DNA of 64,000 nt from Phoronis australis (Eukaryota; Animalia; Phoronida). Positions 36,301 through 48,614 of this stretch are shown here, piece after piece; positions within the stretch are counted from its first letter, which is position 1, and each line of letters starts with the position of its first letter. The position numbers and the translations under genes were made by a program. The DNA is taken from NCBI GenBank assembly GCA_002633005.1, contig NMRA01000514.1, forward strand, positions 62,001 through 126,000, read 5' to 3'. The notes beneath the pieces were generated by a model. The model was not told where the DNA came from. It searched no databases and saw only the letters and a list, made by a program, of their open reading frames with translations.

Positions 36301-39300
36301 GTCCTCAGATCTCCAGCAGAAGTGACCCCAATTGTGAGGGCTTGCCATACCAAAATAGTACTCAGAACGTCCAAGCCATTCTTAAACTCCCCATGAAACG
36401 GCCAGGTTCGTCCATGGGGTTCTTATTCGGACTGTACAACAATTTGCCGGTTCCCACTAGTTTTTATCACGTTGCTGTCCGACAAAACCCTACTAAAAGT
36501 TCTATCATGTACAATTATTGGGTCAAAATAATTGTTTTAATTATGACAGTAGATATAGATACGTCAGATTACTTCTGCACACTCACACAGCGGGCCTTCA
36601 TCAACTCATTGTTCAGACGTTCGATCTCAGCCTTGTCTCTTGCTCTCTCGTTCTCCAAAGAGTCAATGCGCTTGCGCAGCAGTTCCAGCTCAGTGGTCAT
36701 ATCGCTGATCTGTTGGTCTTTCTGTTTATTGTCCTCGGTTACCTCAGCCAGCTGCTGCTCCAATGACTCGATCCTGAAATAGTTCGTGGAATTTATTTAA
36801 CATCTTTTCTAATTCCTTGGCCTTCACCTTCATTCAGTTGGTATTTACAAGAGACTCGCACTGTCTTTCAGTGATCACAATTGTGTCGGCTGTTCTGTCA
36901 TGTATAAGATGTACCCAGCTTATTATTCACAGGTTGGTTGTCAGTCATGTGATTTCCGAGAAACTATCTATTTAAGTTCGTAACCAATCACAAAAGGCCA
37001 ATGTATAGTTCAATAGCTGTCTCTTGGCGAGAAAAAAAAATGTCCAAAATCATGTGCTCTAAATGAAAATACGCGGCAATTTATCGCGCAATCTCGCGAG
37101 ATAATACTTTTTAACAAGGCATTAGCGATATTGACTTCAACTGTGTTCGGTCAGTAACGCAAGACACTTGCAAGATACCTGTGGCGAGAAATCAGGGTTA
37201 TAGGGTCTAACAAAATAATCATTCAAGCCTCGCAGTCCAATCACTTCAGTGGCGGTCAATTTGCTTGTGTACGTTAAAAAAAGAACCTGGCTCATTCGCG
37301 AAACTGTAGCTTTTCACTTGCAAGATTTTTGGTCTGGCGTAATCTCACCAAAACTTGAAAGAAATTTGCTCCACGGATGTCAGCCCAGGGTGTCGGGCAA
37401 CCTCTCACTTTGTCTGCAGATCTCACGTGATATGACGCGAGGTTGACAATGACTCCAGGGACACTGAATGGACGAGGCATTCTGGGTACAGTTTCATAGA
37501 CGCAAGAATCTCGCTAAGGAAGCTAGTGGTGTGACTGTGCACCGATTGTAACACGTGGCGATATTTCGCGCGAAGTGTTGCGCGTTCTTGCGTTTTCGAG
37601 AGATTATCCCCTCCACGGAACGCACACATGCCCTTGTGACACCGTTCATAAAGCATCAGTGCCAGTTGCGTTATTTATTTTTTTGTCCTTTAGTCTGTTC
37701 ATTTCGGTTGTTTCCATGTTTACATTAGCACACAGGCGTGTTTTAATTGTTTCCTCTGATGCTTGACGTTTGGACACATGTATAAATTCTAACTTACTAA
37801 GTTATAGACTAGGCTAATACCAAAAAGCGCTTGTTATCTGTAAACAACTAAAGGTATTTAACAAAATGACATTTAACATTAAACTGGTGCAAAATAAGAA
37901 CAAATAGGCTGCAGGTAAAATTCACTTTAATTGCGTAAACACCCGTCTGGCGGGGATGTTGCCCAAGAATTTGAAAATAACGTGCTCGTGTTACAGTCTG
38001 GTTGGAATGCCAGAGCTGGACGCCGGAGGTTATGTCAAACGTTGAAAACGCAACACTGAGAGACGAGACGGAAGAAAAATAGGCCTACCATCGAACTAAT
38101 AACGGAACTTGATCACCTAGGTGTAGGCCAGTTTGCTAAATCGGTAAGTTAACTATGAGTTGGAAAGCATTGCCCGACGCCGATCGCCAAATACAGTTTC
38201 GTGTTAAGCAGATGTAAATGGGGGACAGAACAATTAGATTGCGGAATTTGCGGCATCTTCACTCCTGACTCATCTTTTGAACCCGGTACATCCCAGAATA
38301 ATCTCGACTAATTCTCGGAATTTTTATGAAGTAATGTATTGCCACCTAGTGGCGATCGATCGTAACATCGCGCAAATTGAACAAGTTTTCTTGCACTGCA
38401 TAGACTTTAACTAATACATGTAAGATAAGATAATATTATTTGAGCAACAAACACTGGTATACGGAAGGGAACAAATGAATCAAATAGGCGTGGTTGTGAA
38501 GCGTGAAACACACTCATTGACAGGCCAAGTAATGTCTAGAAATGGTGACGTTTAGGTAGCGCACAAACGCAGTAGGCTCATTCGTGGCTATTGTCCTGGT
38601 GTGCGCGGCAGTATTTTACGAACACGTACAAATGTTAAACTTTGTAAGTGAACAATGGTGGATGGCCCGATCCCTTTCAGACAATCATACTTTGCCCAGC
38701 TTGTTGGAAAAGCTACCTTAATGCAGACGTCGCAGTGGTAACGTAAAACAGAAAAGCCGGAGGACGTTGACTGACCGTTCATAATAACCGCATTATGATA
38801 TCAAATTTCTGTCAGGGACACAATAACCTTTTCAAATGAATCATGGTAAAGATGAAATGACCTGTGGGTTCAACCGATATCACCATCAAAACCCACGTAG
38901 CAGAACACATTTCTGGTGGGTCGCATTGTCATGAAGCAGGTTTAGCGAGAATGACATATGAAGTACACTATTCAACACAATTGTACTACTGGAGATCGAT
39001 GAACTGGAAGCGGTATCCTTCTGATTCAGTGTCCAGTAGATCAAATTTCGCAAATGCGTCTAAATAACCTGTTCTGAAGTAAGCGGTAGAGGCATAATTA
39101 AACTAAATTAACACTCATGCTTCAGATTCTATGGATACTGGTGACACAGAGGCTGATTTAAAGAAAATCTGAAACCCCAATCCTTTGAAGAAAAGTTCAT
39201 GCTTGTACCATTTCGGCGAAAGCTTTCGCCAGTGGCGGATTTAGGGGAGGGGCCAAGGGGGCCATGCCTCCCTAAAATTCTCCCAGATTCAATTTGGCAG

Positions 39301-42300
39301 TTCGGGGGTGCGAATGTATGACGGGGAAAAATCCTGGCTAATGTTCTGATCCCCCCTGTAAAATTCTGCATCAGCCCCTGTTCACTGCCAGACTGCCTGT
39401 TCAAAAAATTTTTCTATTCCACAAATTTGTGTCGAAAAAGGCCAAAAAGCAATCAGTGCTGTCTTGTACCCCGACTCCTTTTTAGAGCTGCATTGATTTC
39501 AGCCAAAATTTCAGCCCAAATTTCAGCCAATATTTCAGCTAAGGTATGCTCTTTTTGGTTAATATCTGCACAAAGCCAAGTGAGCTACGATTTACCATGA
39601 GAGTAGTAAAAATTCCACTTAACATTTTCCCCGTCACAGGGGGATCTTTTTTGAAACAGCGAGCAAATAAAAATACCGGACAGCCAGCGACCAGAACCAG
39701 CTTTGCTTTTTAGGTTTAATCTACTACCGACATGTCCGCCATTTCCTAGTTACAATTACTTATTGATTTGGCCTCGTGTATTTTTGAAGACTTATGTGAT
39801 AAAAATCCTTACAATAGACTATGATTATAGGTCAAAATTTCCGAGGTCAGGTCTTCATACCCGATTATGTTGTGGCCTTCTCCTCCCTTTACATTCAAGG
39901 TATTAATTAACAGATTCTTTACAAAAAGTTTCAACAACGAGTCGCGTATCCCTGAGATAAAATGTCAAGTATCAAATTCCTGTTCCAGGTAACACTGCTG
40001 TCTACATATCATGACTATTCTTGTAACCGAGCAGTATTTCGTATTATAAAAGTATTGACTTAACACGGCTGTAAGCCACGTTTTGATATTAAAAACATCA
40101 ACTTTCTTCAGAGGCGTAGTTACTCTTCCAACGTGACGTCCTCGCGTTCTCATCGTTTGTTAGAATTGAAACCGGTTAAGTACAAGGAATTGCCTGGGAT
40201 TCCCCTGACAATCATATTGTCCGTGTGATCGACTCCAACTAACCAGAAATGACAAGCAACTTAACGGCACCGTTGTATTGCAAGAATAGCAACAACTTGT
40301 CAATATTTCGCAGCCTGGGTGTTAGGTTATATTTTATAACTATCCTAAATCAATTTTTACTGTTAGGAGTAATTTTATTGTAATGGAATACCTTGCAGTT
40401 CAGACATTTTAGGTACGCTATATAGATAAGTAACTAATGAAAACGTATCTTTCTTACAGTTATTCAAACGTGATCACAGCGTACCTACTACGCCCACGGA
40501 TGACGATAACCTGTGTTTTGGTATGTACACCGACTTATTTCGAGACCTGGGCCTATCGACTAAAAAACCCCGCTCGCATAAATTTCGGCCGGTTGTTAAT
40601 TCCTGAAAACTGCACAAAGCCGCGTAAGCAAGGGTGAACAATGTTAGAAACGCAATTATATGCCAAGCGATCAGTAAAAATAAGCACAAACCGGGACCAA
40701 TTGTGTATTTGTGCTCATTCATTATTTATTAGCCAATACCGACAGAAAACAAGTTCCCTGGACCAATAGTCAGCACTGAAGTTTCCTAAGTTTGTTGTAT
40801 TACAGTATCGTCACGTAGCAACCTGACAAATGTCTAACAATGAATGTCATTTCAGGAACAGAAACCCGAGCTAATTTGCATTTTCATGTCGCCGTAGAAC
40901 GTACTCTCGAACAAGCGCCACCTATGCTGCAGCGATCTAGTATCAGAATCACTCTGCCGGTTAATCACGAAGCAGCGCCATCTGTGCTCANACCGGGACC
41001 AATTGTGTATTTGTGCTCATTCATTATTTATTAGCCAATACCGACAGAAAACAAGTTCCCTGGACCAATAGTCAGCACTGAAGTTTCTTAAGTTTGTTGT
41101 ATTACAGTATCGTCACGTAGCAACCTGACAAATGTCTAACAATGAATGTCATTTCAGGAACAGAAACCCGAGCTAATTTGCATTTTCATGTCGCCGTAGA
41201 ACGTACTCTCGAACAAGCGCCACCTATGCTGCAGCGATCTAGTATCAGAATCACTCTGCCGGTTAATCACGAAGCAGCGCCATCTGTGCTCAGACGACCT
41301 CAGGTGTGACTGTTGTCAGGTGGGGATATGGGGGTCTGTGACTAGACTCTCAACCTCACGTGACTTAACGAGTAGACAGCCAATTATTAGTTGGCTTTAT
41401 TCGGTCTGAATGATACCAGTGTTTTCAATGCAAACTTTGGAATTTGATACCGTGCGATATTGGTTTAAAGCTACATGTACTACGACTTCTAAAGGAGCGT
41501 ATTGTAAGCGAATGGAAGCTTGTTTTTGGGTTATGTCAATATTGAAGTTTATTAATAACATCGTTCAACAAGGGCAGTGGCGACTTAATATTTTGCTCTA
41601 TCTGCATTGACCTCCTCGGGTCGAATGGCTTGGAGTTAGGATAGCGGTGGTTGACCTCTCACCGCTTCAAGCTCATAAGGGTACTAGCACCTGTCGTCAG
41701 CCGACAAGTGGGAACTCGTAATATTCATATAAAATCGGATTGCCCTTTGTCGATTGCTCAGCAAACAGGGCATGCTGGAGCAATCATTTGTATATGATAA
41801 GTTAGGGTTAATGCTAATTTTGTAAATGTCATTTTAGTAGTTTCATTACACAAAAGTTGACATCCGCGAGGTCACGTGTTATAGCAGTAGTTCGACTTTA
41901 TATTGGTATGAGCGAGTAAATGTTTTTTCGTAGCCGTGGATGTTAGTTGTCTGACATATAACTTCAAAATGGTTGGGGTAACCACGTGACCCAGGCATAG
42001 TTGTCACCAGGTGTTGTTATTAATCAGCAAACTTATCGCATTCAAAATTAAATTGTGTGTTACTACTTTGGTATTGTGAAACAAGCACTCATCACGCTAC
42101 GGTGACCTGTATTTCAGAAAATATACACATATACAAATAATGCACTTTTCATTACGTCGAGGTTACTTCACTTTTTGGTCTAATGGGGAGGAATTTCTAG
42201 ACAGGCACCAGGCGCCAATTCGGTCGCTGTTCTTAAATCATGGACGTATTTTATTCGAAAACTACCTACAAAACGCTTAGCTTGAATAACCGCATTACAT

Positions 42301-45300
42301 CAACCAACATCGATTATACAAATTTTAAGTGTAAAGCCGGGAACAACGAAGGTATTTTCCTACCCTTAACTGTGCCCACGAAAGTGAACGTTATTTACGT
42401 ATAAAGGTGTTCATATAACGTTCACCTCCGATGTGAATTTGAAGCTACAAAATCTGTCGAGGTGTTACGAATTTCTGTAACAATGAATAGAACCAAACAA
42501 CATGGCCATTGGCACTGTTCTTTCGCAGCGCCCTCAAGGGACCGAACTTAGGCATTGTGGAAAATTTGGGTCATTGAAAAAATATCTGATCCAAACAGTT
42601 TCGAATAAAAACCACAAAGCTAATTGTCGCAACACGACAAACCGGTTTACTAGGGGCGTAAAAAATGCCTTGGCGAGACGGCGCGAATTACCATATATAG
42701 TAGTGTTTGCCACTAGACATTTCGTGAACGGAAATAACAAGTTCTTCTGTGATTATTATCTATAACAACGGGGTGCATTATTCAGTAGAGGATTTTTGAA
42801 GCCCGCAAAGTTTTGGACGATGTGTAATTTGACAATGAAGACAGACAATGGTTAAGTTGTGAAACAAGACCAGAGATAAATTGGGTAACAAATGAACAGT
42901 AGTACGGAAAAGGGCCGTATAGAATGGTTTTCACTGGCAAATGCCATTACGTTCCCTTCAAAATAATCTTGCACATTGCAATCAACTCCTGTTTGCTAGG
43001 CTCAGAGACGAGACTAGTATTTTGACCACTTTGTGTGGGATGAGGTTGTCAAAAGAAGGCCGCCCATCATTTCGCACCACGTGATTTAGCATTGCTTTGA
43101 ATGGCTATGAGGTAGTCTACGAGATGTTTTAGGAAAATCTAAAAAACATTGCTAATGAGACTAGTGGCTTTTGATAGTTCTTTACACTAGATTTCGGTTC
43201 TTAACGATCTTCCTTGCAGTCAGTGATACAGGAGTCATTTGACAGTGTGGATACTGACATTTACCAGGACAATACAGATTTTTTTTCAAACGATGCCAAA
43301 GACCCAACGACTAATTCCATGGGTTTCTGAAAACTAGTAAATTGTTCTTTGAGTAGCTTTGTAAACAGAATTTTGCTCATGATCACGCGCATAAACAATT
43401 GAGCGAACACGAAACAGAATTTGCAAATTCGGCACAGCCATGTAATACTCTGTGAAAATTCGCGGTTTCGGCCCGTGAACGTAGTCACGTGATGTTCATG
43501 GTGCTCCAGAACCCCGCATGCGCAGTAATTACAACTCTCTATCATCATGCGATTTACAATTGATCTTGCACACGAATAAAGCATTGTCCTAGTCCGGGCA
43601 CCCCCATCCGCACGCTACTGGTCACACACACACACACTTAAAAATGTGCGCACAATTACATCGACTGTTCTCGGCATCGATGAGCGACGAAAACTGAGGG
43701 GCGTTCCGAAGAGCAAGCCTCTAATGAGAAAAGTGAGACTGCGCAGTCTTCGCGAGATATCGCCAAGCATTACAGGCGAACCACGTGCTCACGCTACCTC
43801 AACTCGCGATTTTCTTGCGCCTATACGTCCGAGACCTGAGATCGCGTCACAGTTTTTTTATCAATGACTCGTACGAAATCTAACGAGGCTATCAGAATTA
43901 TTTAATCTACAAGAAGTAGATATACTGGTAAAATATCGGTTACTCCACGATAACAAGATGTCATCGCGAGCTGACAATTGTTGACACGCATACAGACAAC
44001 AGAGGTAGCCGTGACTCACGATGACCGACTATTGGACGAGTTTAAGATGCAAAATCTGTTTAGGTCTTCGCGTTTGTGCTTCTTTATATCTTGACATATA
44101 ATACGATGAGTCATGCTCTAAGGGATACATTAAAGGTCGTCGTCTTTGTATTCGTTCCTGTGTACACTGAATGAATTTCATTCGTAGCGCAAAATAGTAA
44201 AAGCCTGTTTCATAACGCACTGGTGTAATATGAAACGGAATGAGAAATGATATGTACAGGATAGCAATAACTCGCATTATACGGTACACATTGAATTTGA
44301 TAAGAACTATTCCACTGAATTAAGTTCCAAAGAATCAAATTTTGTTAAAATTTTGTAATTTGAATCTTGTTTGATCAGCACATGTACCGATTGGATCAAA
44401 CCTAGGAGCAAGCAAAACAGTTGCCTAATGTATTGGTAATATTTTGCAGTTCATGATAAGTACATGTACGTGTCAGTTTGTCCATGTTAAAGCGCAACGG
44501 AGATTTCGCGCAAACGAGATGGCTAGTAAAATGTACTAATCCGATCTTGCAGAAATGACACAAGGGGGCGTTGATCTTGAGCAATTGAGAAAAATAATGA
44601 AACAGTGGCAGAGCAACCTGGGAGTCTGGTAGTCTGACCCTAAAGGTCACAATAAGGTTGTTTTCACATAACTTCACTTAAGAACAAAACGTGAGTAATA
44701 TAAACTTGACGGGAATAAAGTCTCTCCTCACGTTGTTCCCATGGTAACAGACTCCAGTAGTCGTTTGATCTCGGGTCAACTTGAGAAACCAGACGGTTAG
44801 TTTCAATTGACTGTAATAGGCCAATCCCATATCACCACGACACGCAGTTTTTTATCCATTTAGCACAGATTTTAAATTCAGAAATACAGGCATAACTTCG
44901 GACATACGCTCTTCCTTCTTTGCCATTGTGTTTTCACCTTAAAACTATATTCTTCCTCGTTGTGAAGCCAAATGTGATACATCAATTGACAATAATTCGT
45001 CCATCAATTAAAGCGGCATATTCTTGTGCTAAAAACAATCAACTTTCTTCACAGGCACGTTGTTTTTCTTCTTCCAAAACAACGCCATGCCTTCTCAATC
45101 CTACATCTAATCACAGAAAGGCGCACGGTGAAACCGACTTTTATCACGTTAAGCAGCCTAATCATTACAACGTTATTTCTGACATGCGTTTATTGCTGTT
45201 TCAAGACAATTGCTAACTCCTAAAAATGAATAACTATACGTGAACATGGAGGAGCTCAAATAGAGGCGGTGACACCTGTCTGTCGTTTTTATGTAACAAA

Positions 45301-48300
45301 ACTATTTGACACAATCAGACAACCCAGTACAAGTGGCTAATGGCATAAATCGCAACGTTTTAGGTTCCGTAATTATGTCAAGCAGCGTACTTAGTAACAG
45401 AAAAAAAACACGCTGACGGCGCCTGCATATGGTATAAAGAAGTGGATTTGAAGTTTTTACTTCGAGTAAATTGTCAATGTTTTTCATTTTGACTCTTCAT
45501 TGCAAAATAGTTCGCTCTGCTTTTCTAAAGAAACCAGACATATTTTCGGTTATTTGCAGAAAACACTAGAGCAGATTTCTCCAACGTTGCTTGCGGTGAG
45601 AATCGGTAATTTTATATGTGTGCATGTACACACCAGTCTGCAGGTTCCAGTTATGTACAAAGCTCTCATCGATCAAGAATTGCCTAAAAATAACCGTAAA
45701 CCCGGGTGTAACTCATAATTCGTCGATTAGAAACTCTGAAGAAATAGAGAATCGCGATCAAGCCAAAAACGTTCAGATGGCTCATTTTGAAGTCCACGTG
45801 AGTCGCAAATTACTCAGCGCATCATCACGCTGTGCCTCGCGTGACGAGTCTTCGAGAATACACGGTCCAGCAAACACGACACTTTACTGAAATTTTGGGT
45901 TCCAATTGTGAAACCGTGCAAATTTTACGCAAGTCTTTGTTAAAAAACTTTCTGAACTCTCCAGATTCGTTATCGCGTGAGACACTCGAGTTGGAAACAG
46001 TATACGATGAACGTGTGTAAACGGCTTTAAGGTTATCGTGATAGGTACATTTTAGACAGGTTATTATTGCCGACTGATCGCCACAGGTGCTTATACCTGC
46101 CACGCTAAATTGTCTGTTAGTGGGCTCCGTGAATCGGAAGACGCATTCAGTAGTTGCAATGCATACAATTATCAACGTTTCTCGTCAAAAGCCAAGCGAG
46201 TTTAAACCCATAGGGTAATACCCAGAGTTATTTGACAACGGTCTGTCTGCGGCAACGTCTGCAAGCTTTACTGAAGTGGACCATTTTATGGTGGGGGAAT
46301 CGCGTGACAAGAAAACGAACGTAAAATTGTTCAGCGTCTTAATGGTATTCGAGTGCTGGCCGTCAAATATTATATACTGTATTAGCTATGACGCAGAATC
46401 GCCTGTTTTCGGAAGAATATGAGAACTTCCTAGTGTGAATGGTCGGATGAGTGGCCCAGGTTGAATAGTAAAGCAAAGAATGCCAGTCCTAATCATTTCC
46501 ATAATCCACAATCGGGCAAAGATTATAATCGGTGATCGCTTTTTAAATGAATATTTAAACCCCGCATTCCGTAAACTTTGCAATTAAATGTTGATGTTTA
46601 AAGTTAAATGTGTTCAGTTTAGCAACTGAGTTCTTTCCTTGCATACAGTTGATCGTGCGAAGCTCGGGATGGCCCACCGACTTCCATTGACGGTGGCTCC
46701 CGGAGAATGATGGCCAAAATTTGTTGTGCGAGAATCAAAGCGAAAGCGTTGAATATTTATTAACACAGTACCAGTGATTGTGCAAATTTTGAGCGGAAAT
46801 AAAAAGAAAAACTACCGACCGCGTATTTTTCACCAGGAGCTACAGACGTGATTGGCCTTCATTCCTGAACCATTGTGCGGTGAATCTTTAGACACGACCT
46901 TGTACATGTATTTGAAGCAGCAGATATTTGCTAACTCGTTCAAAGAGGTTTCGCGCTCGAACTGCGCCGGGGTCCCAGTAACGGACTAGTTTAGGTCTAC
47001 CTTGAGCCTTTACACTACGCATAAATCACACAGAGATGACCATCATAATAGGTAACAAGTGTCTAGTTTTCACTAGTGACGTAACTTCGAGACTGGCATT
47101 TATGCGTTCCGAACAAAAACTATTTTGTAAACGGCAATCGTGTTCGTCTAAGTGTTTCTTACTTTTTTATTAATACCGACTGATCGCAGTAAGTACTGGT
47201 CGAGAGACAACTTAGTTGCGCCGGCGGCTTCTGGCGGCAATTTTGAAATTTGTTGGATTCCAGAAATAATTTAACTGACCAACTTACTGACACCGTTGGC
47301 AAAGAAAAAATTTACAATGTAAAACATGTAATACAAAGTTAAGCGATTTTAATATTGAGGCCTCAGCTGAATTCAGTGTAGTTTTAAAGATTTAGAAAAA
47401 TACACACTAGGAGTTACTCGCTACTCCAGGTAACTGAGCCCCAGCCATGCCTCGTTTTCGAAGTGGGCGTGGAGCTGATGTGACGTCAGCAAGCCGGCCG
47501 GCTTTTTACTCTATTTTTGCAGACTGGTTTTTATACAACTTTTCGCCTGATTGAGATATTTTGTAAATTGTCTTTATTTTTGCTGGTATTTTCAGATTTG
47601 TTTCAGAAGTTTTCTATTCAGTCGCACCACTTTTTTCAAATTCTTATGTTGCAGAGAGTAGCAGACGACATATTCGATTTAAAGGTCCTATTTTTAAAAG
47701 ATGGCGTGAGTTCAGTAATCGCGTTCCTCAGTTTCTTTTTACAGTTTTAAGAAAAAGTACAGTAAACGATGACTAACAACAACTTATTTCTACAAACATG
47801 CCTCCCAAATAGAGTTACCTGTATAACATTGGTTCCTCCGCAATCTTGCACTGCTTGCAGGAATTCTATAACAAAGGGCGCTTAGGCGCGAGAACTTTCC
47901 ATTTCCCAACCATCAAACTGGTACCCGTGTGCAGCAGACATTACGTGCAAGTTGAAAACTCCTTCATCAGGGCAAAACAGTGATGCCTATCAGACGGATT
48001 GCAGAATGGACAAATTTACATACTAGCCATTCAAATACGATTACTTACTTGTCATTTGCCTCCTCCAAATTGTCGGTGAGTCTGTCCACTTGAATGCGCA
48101 GTTTCTCGTTGTCTTTCACGCTGTCGTCGTAGAGTTGTTTTTGCTGTTTCAGCTCTGCCTCGTACATGTCCTTGATTTTTTTCGACGGTTCGCCCCACTT
48201 GTTGCGCAGATCTGTCAGCTCGCCGGCAAGCTTCCTGTTCTGGGCCTCGAGGAATCTCACCTTCTCGATGTATCCAGCAAAACGCTCGTTCAGATCTTGC

Positions 48301-48614
48301 ATGTCTTTCTTCTCCGTAGATCGGCTTTGCAGGATTGTATTCACGCTGGACGATGTTACGGCGTTCATTGCCTGTGGTGTGGCCGACGACGAGACGCCGT
48401 ATTCCACCGAGCGCGTGATCATGCCGCCACCGCCACCGCCGCTGAAGCCACCGAAGCCCCCGCCGAAACTCATGCGCCCGCCGCGCGAGCCCAGACTGTA
48501 TCTACCTTTAGCCTGCGACACCGGCCGGGTGATGCGCGAGGACGACGAGGAGTAGGACGTTGTTTTTCCTGGCGACGAATAACTCGTCACTTTAGTAGAA
48601 GACTTTGTGCTCAT
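24330..48614 (-). CDS. Protostome-type cytoplasmic intermediate filament protein (long coil 1b plus lamin-tail domain), about 698-777 aa depending on linker route
   Basis: Rod exons 48614-48049, 36773-36587, 36192-36097, 35354-35193, 34888-34763, 34481-34392, 34195-34065; one alternative linker route; tail exons 28771-28431, 27816-27697, 27045-26920, 24371-24330. Motifs: EKKDMQDLNERFAGYIEKVRFLEAQN, ELKDLAALAYRDTT (cytoplasmic-IF linker region), LSLELEISAYR..GEE, KTTYSRTAKGPVSI, TWGMG, EKATHTQKT. No CaaX on the main terminal exon. Confidence 0.95.
26920..27045 (-). CDS. IF lamin-tail-domain exon
   Basis: ttctag|TTC...GAT|gtaggt, 126 nt, phase 0-0; TWGMGAQIVTMLLNSSGD. Confidence 0.88.
27697..27816 (-). 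CDS. IF lamin-tail-domain exon
   Basis: ctgcag|GAA...AGA|gtaagt, 120 nt, phase 0-0; DGYSISRNIDGK. Confidence 0.88.
28431..28771 (-). CDS. IF first constant tail exon (Ser/Gly-rich linker and start of lamin-tail domain)
   Basis: atgtag|CT...CGG|gtaagt, 341 nt, phase 1-0; three 30-nt GGGGGGMxIS-type repeats, then GEMQAKTTYSRTAKGPVSI. Confidence 0.85.
30317..30426 (-). CDS. IF alternative linker exon E (RLADNDNRNRSRNDPGDVDLLSAMLDSTVQNQPEKKP)
   Basis: cttgttcctccgctag|G...A|gtatgt, 110 nt, phase 2-1, open frame. A weaker phase-1 donor would end the exon at 30383. Confidence 0.6.
30883..31139 (-). CDS. IF alternative linker exon D (SGSAGQ/SGSGSQ repeats)
   Basis: ttcctctacag|G, phase-2 entry, RLLNESERNAAGG... 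Either spliced at the weak G|gtacac (phase 1) or read through to the stop at 30860. Confidence 0.7.
30903..31028 (-). repeat. Coding tandem repeat, 7 x 18 nt
   Basis: ccagactggccagcagaa alternating with ccagactg(a/g)gaaccagaa on the plus strand. Confidence 0.9.
31562..31713 (-). CDS. IF alternative linker exon C (poly-Gly, GSGSGS)
   Basis: taacag|A...T|gtaagt, 152 nt, phase 2-1; RIGGSGGIMYGGGAGGAGGAGGESLAFMMGGGGGGGGGSGSGSGSGAGDGD. Confidence 0.8.
32117..32322 (-). CDS. IF alternative linker exon B (Ser/Gly/Met-rich)
   Basis: tttatggcag|G, phase-2 entry; two tandem phase-1 donors (G|gtgaat ending 32123, T|gtaagg ending 32117); RLSSMSESAGGLAAFMASSGSGG... Confidence 0.8.
32682..32892 (-). CDS. 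IF alternative linker route A, main exon (Gly/Ser-rich)
   Basis: gcacag|TCT gives phase-0 entry (an internal phase-1 acceptor would start it at 32852); donor G|gtatcg, phase 1; SAMFGGGGGGSGGGAGGFGGG. Confidence 0.7.
33147..33177 (-). CDS. IF route A microexon, 31 nt (GFVPGSTRYAD)
   Basis: atcgtag|C...GAT|gtaaga, phase 2-0. Confidence 0.6.
33253..33279 (-). CDS. IF route A microexon, 27 nt (RLIEKSSSG)
   Basis: cttttttactatcgatgcag|G...GG|gtaaga, phase 2-2. Confidence 0.65.
33391..33458 (-). CDS. IF route A small exon, 68 nt (VEQTWLPNYGRRVDDEPTRTRRK)
   Basis: tcgttag|GTT...AA|gtaggt, phase 0-2. Confidence 0.5.
33754..33763 (-). CDS. IF route A microexon, 10 nt (SGIQ)
   Basis: Strong acceptor ttctcgctctttcattccag|TGGAATACAA|gtgtgt, phase 2-0; complements the 68-nt exon (78 nt together). 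Confidence 0.45.
34065..34195 (-). CDS. IF rod exon 7 (end of coil 2)
   Basis: ttgtag|CAA...AG|gtaagc, 131 nt, phase 0-2; DAKLSLELEISAYRLMLQGEES. Confidence 0.93.
34392..34481 (-). CDS. IF rod exon 6
   Basis: tttcag|CTT...GAG|gtaagc, 90 nt, phase 0-0. Confidence 0.9.
34763..34888 (-). CDS. IF rod exon 5
   Basis: cttcag|ATG...GAA|gtaagt, 126 nt, phase 0-0. Confidence 0.9.
35193..35354 (-). CDS. IF rod exon 4 (L12 and start of coil 2)
   Basis: caccag|GAG...AAG|gttagt, 162 nt; ELKDLAALAYRDTTEENRSYWKDELSKVIRDLQEEYD. Confidence 0.93.
36097..36192 (-). CDS. IF rod exon 3
   Basis: ttgcag|GAC...CAG|gtacgt, 96 nt; DLDNETLARVDAENRCQSLEEEFEFMK. Confidence 0.93.
36587..36773 (-). CDS. IF rod exon 2 (long coil 1b)
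   Basis: tttcag|G...TGT|gtgagt, 187 nt, phase 2-0; heptad pattern. Confidence 0.92.
39230..39380. mobile_element. MITE related to the 22858 element (CAG termini)
   Basis: Starts CAGTGGCGGAT, ends ATCAGCCCCTG; flanks TTCGC / TTCAC (4/5 TSD match). Confidence 0.55.
40690..41292. repeat. Near-exact 300-bp tandem duplication around an N (40991); probable assembly overlap
   Basis: accgggaccaattg...tctgtgctca is repeated on both sides of the N with only 1-2 differences. Confidence 0.85.
48049..48614 (-). CDS. IF coding exon 1 (Ser/Gly-rich head, coil 1a, start of coil 1b)
   Basis: gccaagATG context; LNERFAGYIEKVRFLE helix-initiation motif; donor AA|gtaagt, phase 2; followed by an 11.3-kb intron. 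Confidence 0.95.

Noticed and set aside
40690-41292. 300-bp tandem duplication as a biological event
   Set aside because: Nearly identical copies abut an N, which is typical of an unmerged contig overlap.
24330-48614. Calling the IF gene a nuclear lamin
   Set aside because: The ELKDLAALAYRDTT linker region, the type III-like exon pattern and a terminal exon without CaaX indicate a cytoplasmic IF.
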